Shown in pieces: positions 1 through 10,335 of a stretch of 64,000 bases of DNA (positions are counted from its first letter, which is position 1; every line of letters starts with the position of its first letter). The position numbers and the translations under genes are program-made. Origin of the DNA: an uncultured virus (IMG/VR IMGVR_UViG_3300024308_000304) (lineage: Duplodnaviria; Heunggongvirae; Uroviricota; Caudoviricetes); IMG/VR virus record IMGVR_UViG_3300024308_000304. One strand, 5' to 3'. Under the pieces are notes generated by a model. The model ran no database searches. It had not been told where the DNA came from and worked only from the letters and a program-made list of their open reading frames with translations.

Positions 1-164
1 ATTCTTCCCATCAGCATACAATGGGTATAATGGAACCGAAAACAAAAAAATAAATCAATAATATGCTCAAATGCATAAATAAAGACACTTCGAGTGTCTT
101 TATTTTTTTGATAAAACTTTTTTTTATGGTACTATAGTAATAGACACACATAAAATCAAATTGT

Positions 165-1319
165 ATGAATTTTGGAAAGTTTGAGAAGGACATCAAAGAT
201 ATATTTGAAGTGAAAGTTGGCCCGTTAGAAGATTTAAGTTATGATGATAAAATAAAATATAGCTTTGAACTAAACTATGCCCTTAAAAAAATAGTAAATT
301 CTTATTATTTTGAAAAAACATTCGATGTAAATTTCATAAAAACCAGAATAGATGGTGCAGCAGCATACTCAATAAAAGCCCCTGATAGAAAATCTCGAAC
401 TTATGAGATTACAGGATTCTTTTCAGATGAATTGCAAAATAATTTTGCAAAAAACAATATCAATGCTGATGCTGAAAAATTAACAGAATTGTCAGTTGAT
501 ATACTGGATGAATTAAGACTAAAAGACGACTTTTATAATGTATTATTTGAGACTAATACAATTAAACAATCCTTATATCTTAAAGTAAAGCATTCAGTAG
601 ATTTTGAGATTTTGCAAATTGATGAGAATACCAACATTCTTAAAGAGCTTGCAAGATTGAATAAAATGAACAATGGAGAAAACTTTGATGATTTCAATGA
701 AAAAGATTTTACAGAAATCATGAAGCAAAATGGGTTTAAACATTTTAATTTAAGTAATATAGAAAATCAAAAATTTTTAGTAGTTGCCAAAAATCAAAAT
801 GAAATTTGTGGAATTGCAGCAATAAGTGAATCTCCAATTTCTGGACTAAATCATTTATCTTATATTGAAGTTGCGAATGCATTTAATGGGCAAGAACTTG
901 GGAAAAGATTATTTACTGAAGTAGAAAGAACACTCAACGTAAATAATAAGATATTGGAAATGAGTCCATATGCAGAAATTGGACTAAAACACATTGCTCC
1001 ATTAATAGCCCCAGTAATTGAACTATCTGATACAATAATTGATTCAAAGTCTGCTCAATTAATGCAACCTTTATTTAAATCTCTAAATAAACATGACTTA
1101 ACTGACACTGAAAGACAAGAAATTATTGTAGAAATGTATCAGCAAGTTAAAAACAAAGACTTGATTGTTGAAAATCTTAATTATACTAATATCAATGATT
1201 ATGTTGCAATCAGTGTTAACAGAGTGCAAAATAATTTTGACAATATAGGCATTGAAGTTATGCCAGAAATAAAACAAGAAAGTAAAATTAAAAAAATGTT
1301 CAACAATTTGTTCCGTTGA
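165..1319 (+). CDS. Hypothetical protein with a C-terminal GNAT-like acetyltransferase domain
   Basis: 384 aa; FLVVAKNQNEICGIA...LSYIEVANAFNGQELGKRLF resembles GNAT motif A. Confidence 0.55.
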   Translation: MNFGKFEKDIKDIFEVKVGPLEDLSYDDKIKYSFELNYALKKIVNSYYFEKTFDVNFIKTRIDGAAAYSIKAPDRKSRTYEITGFFSDELQNNFAKNNINADAEKLTELSVDILDELRLKDDFYNVLFETNTIKQSLYLKVKHSVDFEILQIDENTNILKELARLNKMNNGENFDDFNEKDFTEIMKQNGFKHFNLSNIENQKFLVVAKNQNEICGIAAISESPISGLNHLSYIEVANAFNGQELGKRLFTEVERTLNVNNKILEMSPYAEIGLKHIAPLIAPVIELSDTIIDSKSAQLMQPLFKSLNKHDLTDTERQEIIVEMYQQVKNKDLIVENLNYTNINDYVAISVNRVQNNFDNIGIEVMPEIKQESKIKKMFNNLFR

Positions 1320-1364
1320 CTAAATGATAAAAAGTTATATAATCTAACACAAAAAGGTGATTAT

Positions 1365-1748
1365 ATGAGTAATAAACTTATTATTGAAGAAGAAATAAAA
1401 GAATTCTCATCTGATGATGAGATTTTTTACGATTATATGTTAACAAGAAAGAAAGATCTGATTGAATTAGATGAATCAGAAAGAACTTCAATGAATAAAA
1501 TACAAGGGTGCATGAGTATTGTACATATTGAAATGGAATCAACATCAGAAGGAAGAAAATTGAAAGCTTATTCTGATTCAAGTATAATAAGTGGTATTCT
1601 TGGTATTATAGGATTAGCTATAAAAGATGATAAAAACCCAATAATTGAAAATTATAGACTAATTCTTGAACCATTAAAAAAAGCATTAAGCCAAAATAGA
1701 AGATTAGGCTTCGAAAATATGTTGTTAGTTATATTTAAAAACAAATAA
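1365..1748 (+). CDS. sufE: SufE-family sulfur acceptor protein
   Basis: NKIQGCMSIVHI (conserved Cys), AYSDSSIISG, LSQNRRLGF. Confidence 0.8.
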   Translation: MSNKLIIEEEIKEFSSDDEIFYDYMLTRKKDLIELDESERTSMNKIQGCMSIVHIEMESTSEGRKLKAYSDSSIISGILGIIGLAIKDDKNPIIENYRLILEPLKKALSQNRRLGFENMLLVIFKNK

Positions 1749-1841
1749 AAAAGTGTTGAATTTCATTTTTAGATAGTGTAATATAGTCAATAGATAGAGG
1801 GTATTTCCATATATCTACTAAGAGTTTTTAACGAGGATTTT

Positions 1842-2012
1842 ATGAAAAGAGTTGATGTACGTGATATTGATCTTGAACATCTTGATGAAGTAGCTGATGA
1901 TGAGTTTTTTACGAAAAAAGAACGAGTCGTTAAGCAAGACAGATTTGAAGAAGAATTAAGAAAAGATAGCCACAAAAAAAAGTCAAGCCTTAGAAAAAAT
2001 AGACCAGAATAA
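1842..2012 (+). CDS. Small charged hypothetical protein (56 aa, MKRVDVRDIDLEHLDE...), not in ORF track
   Basis: GAGGA RBS before ATG 1842, open to TAA 2012, upstream of coaD-coaE. Confidence 0.6.
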   Translation: MKRVDVRDIDLEHLDEVADDEFFTKKERVVKQDRFEEELRKDSHKKKSSLRKNRPE

Positions 2013-2078
2013 AACTCTAAATTTTTTAAGCACGAATGCACCTGACAAGGGGCATTTTCTAATTTAAGGAGATACAAA

Positions 2079-3209
2079 ATGACTACTGCTGTATACGCTC
2101 TCTCTGGCGACCCTATCACTCTGGGTCATATTGACATTATTAATCGGGCAGCTAGTGCTTTTGACAATCTCATTGTTGCTCTTGGTGTGAATCCCAAGAA
2201 AACTTATCTTCTGAGCAGTGATGAACGCCTTGAAGTGGCCAAACAATCACTCTCTCATCTGTCAAACGTTAAAGTGATGTTCTTTAATGGTCTTCTTGTA
2301 GATTTTGCTTTTGAAAATGATGCTACTGTTATTGTTCGTGGGATTCGAAATGCTTCTGATGCTGTCGAAGAACAAGCTCTCGATCAAATTAATAGCTCTC
2401 AAATGAATATTGAAACATTCTTTATGTTCTCTCGATCAAAACTGGCTCATGTAAGCTCAAGTAACGTTAAAGCCATCCAAGCAGAAAATGGATTGATTGA
2501 TGAATATGTACCACTGCCAGTGAAAAAAGTGCTGGAAAAGAAAATTTCCAACCAACTTATTTATGGGATTACTGGTGTAATGGGTTCTGGTAAATCTTAT
2601 GTAGCAGAAGAACTTGCTAAATATTCAGAATCAAAAAATCAAGAGTCAGAAGATAACCCAGTAGTATTCAATATTGAACTGGATAAACTTGCTCATGTTG
2701 TTTATACTTCTGATAAACCAAAATATCAACAAATTCGTGAACAGATTCGTGAACACTTTGGTACTCTTGATCGTGCTAAGATTGCTGAAATTGCATTCTC
2801 TGGTGACAACTCCAAAGAGCATGTTGATTTCCTAAATAAAATTTTTGAACAACCTGTCATGGTTCTTCTGAGAAAAGAACTTCGTGGTAAAAAAGGTATT
2901 GTGCTGATTAACTCTGCACTTCTTGTTGAAAGCAACATGCTTAATCTTTGCAACAATCATGTAATAGTTGTTGATGCTGAAGAAAGTGTCCGTCATGAAC
3001 GATTGAAAGAGTTTAGAAAAATCGATCCTGTAAAAGCTGAAAATCGTATTAAACATATGAAAAGTAATAGTGCAAAACAAACAGCTATTAAACAAGCAAT
3101 TTCTAAAAATCATTTTGGTAAAATTGTGAAGTTTGATAATACTCAAAGTACGCATAATGATATTGCTAATCTTTATGAACAATTGAAAAACGAATTTAAC
3201 GGAAAATAA
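2079..3209 (+). CDS. coaD-coaE: Fused phosphopantetheine adenylyltransferase (CoaD) and dephospho-CoA kinase (CoaE)
   Basis: N-term DPITLGHIDII, IVRGIR, VSSSNVK; C-term GITGVMGSGKS P-loop, ALLVE, VIVVDA. Confidence 0.9.
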   Translation: MTTAVYALSGDPITLGHIDIINRAASAFDNLIVALGVNPKKTYLLSSDERLEVAKQSLSHLSNVKVMFFNGLLVDFAFENDATVIVRGIRNASDAVEEQALDQINSSQMNIETFFMFSRSKLAHVSSSNVKAIQAENGLIDEYVPLPVKKVLEKKISNQLIYGITGVMGSGKSYVAEELAKYSESKNQESEDNPVVFNIELDKLAHVVYTSDKPKYQQIREQIREHFGTLDRAKIAEIAFSGDNSKEHVDFLNKIFEQPVMVLLRKELRGKKGIVLINSALLVESNMLNLCNNHVIVVDAEESVRHERLKEFRKIDPVKAENRIKHMKSNSAKQTAIKQAISKNHFGKIVKFDNTQSTHNDIANLYEQLKNEFNGK

Positions 3210-3234
3210 AAAAACTACCTTCGGGTAGTTTTTT
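3209..3234. terminator. Bidirectional intrinsic terminator
   Basis: AAAAAACTACC-TTCG-GGTAGTTTTTT between convergent genes. Confidence 0.85.
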
Positions 3235-3236
3235 AA

Positions 3237-3710
3237 TTATGGCTTGATCTTCTTATTGTTGATGATTTTTTCATTAATTATATTCAAAATATTTTTATTT
3301 AAATCAGTGTGTTTCAGAACATCATTAAAATAGTCTTTGAAATTTATGTAATCTTCATTTTGAAAGTAAACAATTTGAGAAAGCATTACGGCGGCTTCTT
3401 CTTTGGACATTCTAATAAAATCTATAGAATCGTCATCAAAATTATCAGTAATGCAACCAGAATAACGATTGACAGTGTTTTGAATTAAATCTATGCCATG
3501 AGCATCCAAAGCATAAGTATCATTTAGAAATACAAAACTATGTACAATTGTTCCAGATGGCTCAGTTATTACAAGTCCAATGTCAAGTGAATATTGGGCA
3601 GCAATAATTTCAGACATCAAATGACAGTCACCATAACCATAATTAATAATAAAACCTTCAATATCGTCTTTAAAATTATCTTCAAATGTTACATCTTTTA
3701 ATAAATACAT
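3237..3710 (-). CDS. Hypothetical protein, possible Cys-His-Asp (papain/transglutaminase-like) fold
   Basis: GDCHLM...VHSFV...LDAHG motif order. Confidence 0.4.
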   Translation of the reverse strand: MYLLKDVTFEDNFKDDIEGFIINYGYGDCHLMSEIIAAQYSLDIGLVITEPSGTIVHSFVFLNDTYALDAHGIDLIQNTVNRYSGCITDNFDDDSIDFIRMSKEEAAVMLSQIVYFQNEDYINFKDYFNDVLKHTDLNKNILNIINEKIINNKKIKP

Positions 3711-3797
3711 ACATAAACAATTTTGTTATTTCTAATATTATAACATAGAAACAAAAAATATATTGATGTTTCAATTAATTTATGATATAATTATGGC

Positions 3798-4376
3798 ATG
3801 AAAAATAATATAATAGAAATACCTCAAAAAACATTTATTATCACTGATTTAGAAGCTACATGTGATAATAATCCAAACTTTCCAAAATCACTTTCTGAAC
3901 CCATTGAAATTGGTGCAGTAGCTGTAAATGAAAATCTGGAAATTGTTGCTGAATTCCAGACATTTATAAAACCTACGAAGACAGAGCTATTATCAGATTT
4001 CTGCAAAGAACTAACACACATAAAACAAAGTGATGTGGATAATGCACCCAAATTTAAAACTGCGTACAATCAATTTGAAAAGTGGTTTTTAACATTTGAA
4101 AATCCTATCTTCTGCTCTTGGGGTGGATATGATTATAGATGCTTAAAAAGAGAATGTGAACAACATAATTTAAGATTTCACTTCAGTAGTGGTGTCAATC
4201 TTAAGAACCTTTTTTACAAGAAACAAAAACTTGTAAAAGAAGTGGGATTAGGAAAAGCAATGAACATTGCAAAAATGAAATTCATTGGAACACCACATCG
4301 TGGTATAGATGATGCAAAAAATATTGCAAGACTTCTTGAATACTCATACTATGACAAAAACATAAATAAAAAATAA
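3798..4376 (+). CDS. DEDDh 3'-5' exonuclease, ERI-1/KapD-like
   Basis: TDLEATC, IEIGAV, SWGGYD, HRGIDDAKN. Confidence 0.9.
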   Translation: MKNNIIEIPQKTFIITDLEATCDNNPNFPKSLSEPIEIGAVAVNENLEIVAEFQTFIKPTKTELLSDFCKELTHIKQSDVDNAPKFKTAYNQFEKWFLTFENPIFCSWGGYDYRCLKRECEQHNLRFHFSSGVNLKNLFYKKQKLVKEVGLGKAMNIAKMKFIGTPHRGIDDAKNIARLLEYSYYDKNINKK

Positions 4377-4440
4377 TTTGCTATTATTTCTTTTTTTATA
4401 TTAAATATGGTATCATTTTTAAATAAACATTGGAGCCAAC

Positions 4441-5325
4441 ATGAACGAAATTCAAAAAATAGAAAGTCAAATAGACCAATCTGTTAACTTAATATATCCA
4501 GCTTTAAACATTGGACAATATGAAGCTCGTTATGTACGTAGAGAAGATGAATATTTCATTATTTATGTATCATCACAGTCAGGTTGTGATCAGGCATGCC
4601 GTATGTGCCACTTGACAGCTACAGGTCAAAATAAGTTAGAAAACGCAACATTAGATGATTTCTTTAAACAAGCAAACCTTGTATATTCACATTATGATAA
4701 ACAGCCAAACAAAGCTAAATTAGTACATTATAATTTCATGGCTCGTGGAGAAGCATTAAACAATCCAGTTGTCTTGAATCAAAATGATGAACTTTTGGGT
4801 GGATTTGAAAGAATGGCTCATAGTCGTGGATTAGAAGCTAAACATTTAATTTCTACAATAATGCCAGAATCAATGGGTAACAGAACACTGGTAAATATCT
4901 TCCCAAGAACAAATCCTGAGATTTACTATTCTCTTTACAGCACTAATGATAAATTCAGAAAGAAATGGTTGGCCAGAGCACTCCCCTATGAAAGAAGCCT
5001 TGAAATGTTGAAACAATGGCAAGAGTATAGTGGTAAGACACCAAAGATTCATTTTGCATTTATCAAAGGTGAAAACGATTCAGAAGAAGACATGTACAAC
5101 ATGGCAGAAGCTATTAAAAAACATGATCTGAAAGTAAATCTGAATATTGTACGCTATAATCCATATTCTGATAAATATGGGACAGAATCTGATGAATGTG
5201 TGATTCATCGCAATACAGAGATTCTTGTAGAGTTGCTAAAACCAGAACAGTATAGAATTGTACCGAAGGTTGGTTTTGATGTAAAAGCTTCTTGTGGAAT
5301 GTTTGTTGGTAAGACAAAAATGTAA
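4441..5325 (+). CDS. RlmN/Cfr-like radical SAM enzyme, truncated N-terminus, atypical
   Basis: YVSSQSGCDQACRMC (CxxxCxxC), FMARGEAL, NIVRYNP, DVKASCGMF. Confidence 0.8.
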   Translation: MNEIQKIESQIDQSVNLIYPALNIGQYEARYVRREDEYFIIYVSSQSGCDQACRMCHLTATGQNKLENATLDDFFKQANLVYSHYDKQPNKAKLVHYNFMARGEALNNPVVLNQNDELLGGFERMAHSRGLEAKHLISTIMPESMGNRTLVNIFPRTNPEIYYSLYSTNDKFRKKWLARALPYERSLEMLKQWQEYSGKTPKIHFAFIKGENDSEEDMYNMAEAIKKHDLKVNLNIVRYNPYSDKYGTESDECVIHRNTEILVELLKPEQYRIVPKVGFDVKASCGMFVGKTKM

Positions 5326-5431
5326 ATAAAATATTGAAAAATCACTGTTAGATGAGTGGTATACCTGTAATATTGACAAAATTAAGATAGTATGTTAATA
5401 TTAAGTCAATTGAACAATAGAGGTATATGTT

Positions 5432-5668
5432 ATGAACACATCAATTAAAGATATTGGAGGAAAAGTTTTAGATAAGGATGACCAAATCTTATACGCAACC
5501 ACACATGGTACATTACAGGTGGGTAGAGTATTAGAAATTACTGATGAAGGTTTTATCAAAGTAATTGGTAAAGGTAATAGACGAGAGCTAACTATTAAAA
5601 CTCCTGATCAGCAAACTTACCTTAAAGCAAAAGGTTATTACATAAGACTGAAAAAAAGAAGTGCTTAA
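5432..5668 (+). CDS. Small hypothetical protein (SH3-like beta-barrel candidate)
   Basis: 78 aa, RBS, own promoter and terminator; DIGGKVLDKDDQI motif shared with the next gene. Confidence 0.6.
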   Translation: MNTSIKDIGGKVLDKDDQILYATTHGTLQVGRVLEITDEGFIKVIGKGNRRELTIKTPDQQTYLKAKGYYIRLKKRSA

Positions 5669-5758
5669 CAATATTTTCTGACCCGACATGTTCGGGTCTT
5701 TTTTATAGTTTGACAATAATGACTCTCAAGTTACAATTTATAAAAACTGGAGGAATAT

Positions 5759-6274
5759 ATGAGTGAGATATTAGACATCGTTGGAAAAGAATTAGCTGTA
5801 AAAAATGAAGCAATATTTTTTGCATCTAATAAAGTTATGAAAGGAACCATTGTTGCTTTTAACAAAAGTGGTTTTGTAAAACTTAAAGATAGTTTGACTG
5901 GTGAAGAATTTGTATCTAAATCTCCAAGTACAGAAATCTATGGTGTGCCAGAAGATATTGATTTAAATGAAGCCTTTGGTGTTGATACACCTGTTAAACC
6001 GTTAAAGAAAAAACATACTACCAGAGATTTCGATAGAGAACTATCAAAAGTTAAAGATGTTATGGGCAATGGTGTTATTTATGGTGACAAAATAATATTA
6101 GTACATGACAATGAAGTTTGTATAGGTAGAACTTTTGATGTTGTTGAAAACACTTCAAAAATAACTGTCAATTTAAATAAAAACAAACAAGATGTAGTCA
6201 TTGAAGCAGATGGAACGAATATATATTTGTTAAAACCAGATTATTACATCAAAGATAAATCAGCTTACGAATAA
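5759..6274 (+). CDS. Hypothetical protein with two repeats related to 5432..5668
   Basis: DIVGKELAVKNEAIF and DVMGNGVIYGDKIIL; GGAGG RBS. Confidence 0.6.
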   Translation: MSEILDIVGKELAVKNEAIFFASNKVMKGTIVAFNKSGFVKLKDSLTGEEFVSKSPSTEIYGVPEDIDLNEAFGVDTPVKPLKKKHTTRDFDRELSKVKDVMGNGVIYGDKIILVHDNEVCIGRTFDVVENTSKITVNLNKNKQDVVIEADGTNIYLLKPDYYIKDKSAYE

Positions 6275-6331
6275 ATAAAAGAAGCCACCAAGTGGCTTTT
6301 TTTATACCTAAAATATGTTATAATTATTAAT

Positions 6332-6979
6332 ATGTTAAAAAAATATTATACAGGTGTGGGTTCAAGAGAAACGCCAGAAAAATATCTAAAAATGATGACT
6401 GAATTAGCTTATTATTTAGATAGAACAGGTTGGACTCTTAGAAGTGGTGGATCTTGGGGTGCTGATGAAGCATTTCAAAAAGGCGTGTCATCTGACTTTT
6501 CAAATATATTCCTACCAAAACCTAATTGGAGAAAAGAAGATGGTATTCAAGGTGTTTGTATATCTGATAAGGATTTAATCAGAGATGCAATGTACACAAT
6601 AACAAAATATAATGTTCATGAAGACTGGGACCATTTATTAAATAGTCGTGGTGATGGAGCATTAATGACAGTAAAATTGCATACCAGAAATGTATTCCAA
6701 GTATTAGGTGATAATTTAAAAAATCCATCAAAATTCTTTGTATGCTATACTCGTGATGGTGCGACAACAGTAGAGGAAACTACCAAAGATACTGGTGGTA
6801 CAAGAACTGCTTTGAGATTAGCTGCTATTTTCAATGTCCCTATTTTTAACCTTGCCAAAATGGAACATGAACTAAGAATCCGAAATTGGATAGAAGAAAT
6901 GAAAGAGCAAGAACTAGCTAAAAGTAGCAAAATAGAAATCGTTCAAACAAACAATTTCCAAAAAAAAATAAGAATTTAA
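6332..6979 (+). CDS. SLOG / DprA-Smf-like nucleotide-binding protein
   Basis: YTGVGSRETP, LRSGGSWGADEAF, GGTRTA. Confidence 0.75.
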   Translation: MLKKYYTGVGSRETPEKYLKMMTELAYYLDRTGWTLRSGGSWGADEAFQKGVSSDFSNIFLPKPNWRKEDGIQGVCISDKDLIRDAMYTITKYNVHEDWDHLLNSRGDGALMTVKLHTRNVFQVLGDNLKNPSKFFVCYTRDGATTVEETTKDTGGTRTALRLAAIFNVPIFNLAKMEHELRIRNWIEEMKEQELAKSSKIEIVQTNNFQKKIRI

Positions 6980-7047
6980 TTTGACTGCTATATTGATTTT
7001 GGCTTTTTATTGGTATACGATGAACGAACCAATAAAATTTTTGTAAC

Positions 7048-7779
7048 ATGTTTTTTAAAAAGAATATTTTATGGTCATCATTGTTATTATTAACTATAAA
7101 TGCCCATGCCTCCAATTCAGAATCATCAATATACAATGACATTGACGCTGGTTCTGTTTCTAAAATAAATGATGTAAAAACACCTAAAGCTTCTGATGGT
7201 AACCAATATAGCGTATTGAATAAATCTTTTTATATCGATATGAAATCTAAAGTTGGAATGCCGAATCTCAAATTAGAATACACAAATAACGCTTACTCAA
7301 CACGCTTCAGTAATTTGCCTAATAACTATATGAACAATGATTCAAATTTAGTCGATATGGACTTACAATATGGAGATGTAGTGAGCTATTATACATTGTT
7401 TTCACCTTATACATCATTTGGAATGAATGTTGGTGCTGGTTTAAGACAATATATAGGTGATTTTGAATATAGAACAGATAATGTAATAGAAAAAGAGAGT
7501 TTGAATTCAACAATTCCATTATCATATATTGATATGTTCTATGAAGTAAGTGAAAATTCAGCTTACATTGGTATATATAACAAAGAGTCTCAATTAAACA
7601 AAGATAAAATAAAAGAAGCTGGTGTATATTACAAGAAAAGAATTTCAGGAATAGACAATTTAAATTTCACAGCAAGTTATTCATTATCTAATATATCATT
7701 TTCAAAAGCATATAATGCCCATGACTATTCAGGTGCTGAAACATCTGGTTTAAATCTCCAAATGAAATTTACTTACTAA
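7048..7779 (+). CDS. Putative outer-membrane beta-barrel protein
   Basis: Signal peptide ending AHA-S, amphipathic strands, C-terminal LQMKFTY aromatic end. Confidence 0.65.
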   Translation: MFFKKNILWSSLLLLTINAHASNSESSIYNDIDAGSVSKINDVKTPKASDGNQYSVLNKSFYIDMKSKVGMPNLKLEYTNNAYSTRFSNLPNNYMNNDSNLVDMDLQYGDVVSYYTLFSPYTSFGMNVGAGLRQYIGDFEYRTDNVIEKESLNSTIPLSYIDMFYEVSENSAYIGIYNKESQLNKDKIKEAGVYYKKRISGIDNLNFTASYSLSNISFSKAYNAHDYSGAETSGLNLQMKFTY

Positions 7780-7800
7780 AAAAAATAAACCTCGAAAGGT

Positions 7801-8841
7801 TTATTTTGTTTTAAGGTCTGCTTCCAGCGAATTATATAAGTCTTCTTCCGCTTTAATCTCCGCATCTTTTTTAGCTTTTTCAGCAGCTTTAGCTGCTTCT
7901 TCTGCTGCTATTCTCATCTCTTCAATTTTCTTTCTATCAACAACTACAATTGGTTGAACAAATGGAAGAACTCTGCCCATTACAACTTCAATATAATGAT
8001 TTTCATCAATACCAATTTTTTCTTTAGCTCCACGCTCAAACTTTATCCAGAACTCTTTAGTATTATTTGTAGTCTTAATAACAGGTCTTTTTAACTTTTC
8101 AATGGTTCCATCTGATGTCGTAATTTCTTGAGATGTATATGAAGAAATTGATTTATTCTTATAATCAACTCTTAATTTTACTCTATTGTTCTTTTTATCA
8201 AATTCAACAAATTGAACAATGAAATTATAACCATATTCAACAGTTTCTATATTTGGTTTTACAGTTAATTTACCATCTTTAACTGTTTTCTTAAGATCAT
8301 ATAACATATCTTTTTCTTGAACCATATTATTTAATGCAGCAACACGGCCTTTTTCAATATCAGTATAGAATTCTACAATTTCTTTTTCATTTTTGTAAGT
8401 GTCACTTACAGGGAACCCAAATGACATTGCCATCTCATCAGAAGTAAGCGTCTTCTTAATAATGCTGTCTTTAATACGTTTGACTTCAACAACAAAATGA
8501 TTACCAGAGACAGGAACAACTATAGTAGGTTGAGTTTCTGATTGTTTAACTTCGGAAGAAACATTACCAGTATCAACAGATTTGGTATCAGCAACAGGTT
8601 TTGTAGCTGGTGTAGTTTTATTTTCAACTGTCTTAGTGGATTTGGTGTCTTTTATTGTTTCTTTCTTTGTTTCTTTTTTCTCTACTTTCTTAGGTTCTTC
8701 TTTTTTTGTGTCTTTTGATTCTACAGCAGTTGATTCACCTAATATTGCATCAATGTCGGCCATATCGCCATCTGAAATATTTGCTTGAGCATTCAATGAC
8801 AGTCCAGTCATTATAGCTACAGCCAGAATAGTTTTTCTCAT
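7801..8841 (-). CDS. Secreted/periplasmic hypothetical protein
   Basis: MRKTILAVAIMTGLSLNAQA signal peptide, GGAG RBS, low-complexity K/E/T linker. Confidence 0.7.
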   Translation of the reverse strand: MRKTILAVAIMTGLSLNAQANISDGDMADIDAILGESTAVESKDTKKEEPKKVEKKETKKETIKDTKSTKTVENKTTPATKPVADTKSVDTGNVSSEVKQSETQPTIVVPVSGNHFVVEVKRIKDSIIKKTLTSDEMAMSFGFPVSDTYKNEKEIVEFYTDIEKGRVAALNNMVQEKDMLYDLKKTVKDGKLTVKPNIETVEYGYNFIVQFVEFDKKNNRVKLRVDYKNKSISSYTSQEITTSDGTIEKLKRPVIKTTNNTKEFWIKFERGAKEKIGIDENHYIEVVMGRVLPFVQPIVVVDRKKIEEMRIAAEEAAKAAEKAKKDAEIKAEEDLYNSLEADLKTK

Positions 8842-9156
8842 AGTTTCTCCCAAAAACTTTAAAATATCTATTATTAGTTTAATTTATTAGCTTCAAATGT
8901 CAATTTACAATCTGCGTTTAAAAGATAAAATTGATTTTTTTATTTTAAAAATATACAATAAAATTTTATGGAGTTTAACAGAACATATTTTGGTAAAAAC
9001 AATAAAATTGTATTAAAAGATAATAAATACCAACTCAGATTGTATGAAGCCGATGCAAAAAATCTAAGACTTGCAACTGCTTTAGAATTTGATACATAAA
9101 TGCAGTATCTATAAGAAACAAAGTATTATGTTTATACGAAAAATGAGGATATAAAA

Positions 9157-9585
9157 ATGGAAATAGAAATTTATTTTAAAACAGAAGAATATAGAAAAAT
9201 ATTAAGTGATTTATTTGGGTTTGAAATCAGAAGAATTAATAATATACCAGATGAATATTTAGAAACGTATAAAGAATATTTATCCGAGAATATCGTCTTA
9301 GATGATGAAACAGAATGGCAAATGATAGAACGTTCACATTTTTTCTATGAAATAGATGATGAATATTTTGGTGTTTTTAAAAGAAAAAATGGTCAAGAAT
9401 ATATCGTAAAATATCGTGATGAATGTGAGTTGTTTTTTTCTGGAGATACATTATTCAACTGGTTATATACAGAAAAGCCATCTTTAATTAGAAGAAGACA
9501 AAATGAATGGGAAAAATTTAAAAAAATTTGTAAAGATAAATATAACATAGACACATCAAAATTATGGAAAGGTATTCAAGAATAA
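9157..9585 (+). CDS. Hypothetical protein
   Basis: 142 aa, GAGG RBS. Confidence 0.65.
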   Translation: MEIEIYFKTEEYRKILSDLFGFEIRRINNIPDEYLETYKEYLSENIVLDDETEWQMIERSHFFYEIDDEYFGVFKRKNGQEYIVKYRDECELFFSGDTLFNWLYTEKPSLIRRRQNEWEKFKKICKDKYNIDTSKLWKGIQE

Positions 9586-9627
9586 AAAAAGCACTCAGAA
9601 GAGTGCTTTAAATTATTGACATATCGT

Positions 9628-9996
9628 TTAATCCTCAAACATTCTGCGACCACGAGAAAGAGATTCGCCCATGTCTCTTTCAAAGTTGCAATCAAGTTCT
9701 CGTACATCATCGTCATCACGACGTTTTTTAACTTGTACATATTCGCCATCAGTCATTTTATTAGCAAGGCGAACGTTTTCAATATATTTAGCAATCCTTT
9801 TAACACCAGCTAAGTCTGCTTTAGTAAGTGTCACACTTGTATCATCGAATTCATCTTTTTCTTCCTTGAACAATTCGGAGTAATCTCGTTCAATCTTCTT
9901 TAATTGTTTTTGGGTTGGCCCACGTTCAGCCTTTACTACTTCAAATTCATTTGATTCTGAGGCTTCTTCAACGATGTCAATAATTTCATTACTCAT
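9628..9996 (-). CDS. Acidic hypothetical protein
   Basis: AGGAG RBS before MSNEIID start. Confidence 0.65.
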   Translation of the reverse strand: MSNEIIDIVEEASESNEFEVVKAERGPTQKQLKKIERDYSELFKEEKDEFDDTSVTLTKADLAGVKRIAKYIENVRLANKMTDGEYVQVKKRRDDDDVRELDCNFERDMGESLSRGRRMFED

Positions 9997-10335
9997 ATGT
10001 TTACTCCTAATTTCATCTAAGTGACGCCATTCTATCACAATCCAACATTCTTAGCAATACTTTAATATTAAAATTTTTAGTATTTATTTTCTTTTTCAAA
10101 TACGGTTCTATAATAGCATAGCAATGCATATATATACTAATATTTTTCAAAAAAAAATGCATATATATAGAAGAAAAAAATGAGTAAAAAATAATCAAAC
10201 AACAAAATGCTTAATATTCAGAATATTAGAATAAATAAGGTTGAATATTTCATAAAAAGAGATTGAAAAAAAGATTGACATTGTGGCACATCCTAACATA
10301 TAATAGCCGAAAGAATTCAAAAAAAAGGAGATTCT

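Noticed and set aside
2030..2065. Possible riboswitch before coaD-coaE
   Set aside because: Only one small hairpin (AATGC...GCATT) with no recognisable aptamer or expression platform.
8968..9099. 43-aa ORF MEFNRTYF...
   Set aside because: No convincing RBS or motif; may be a remnant and cannot be supported.
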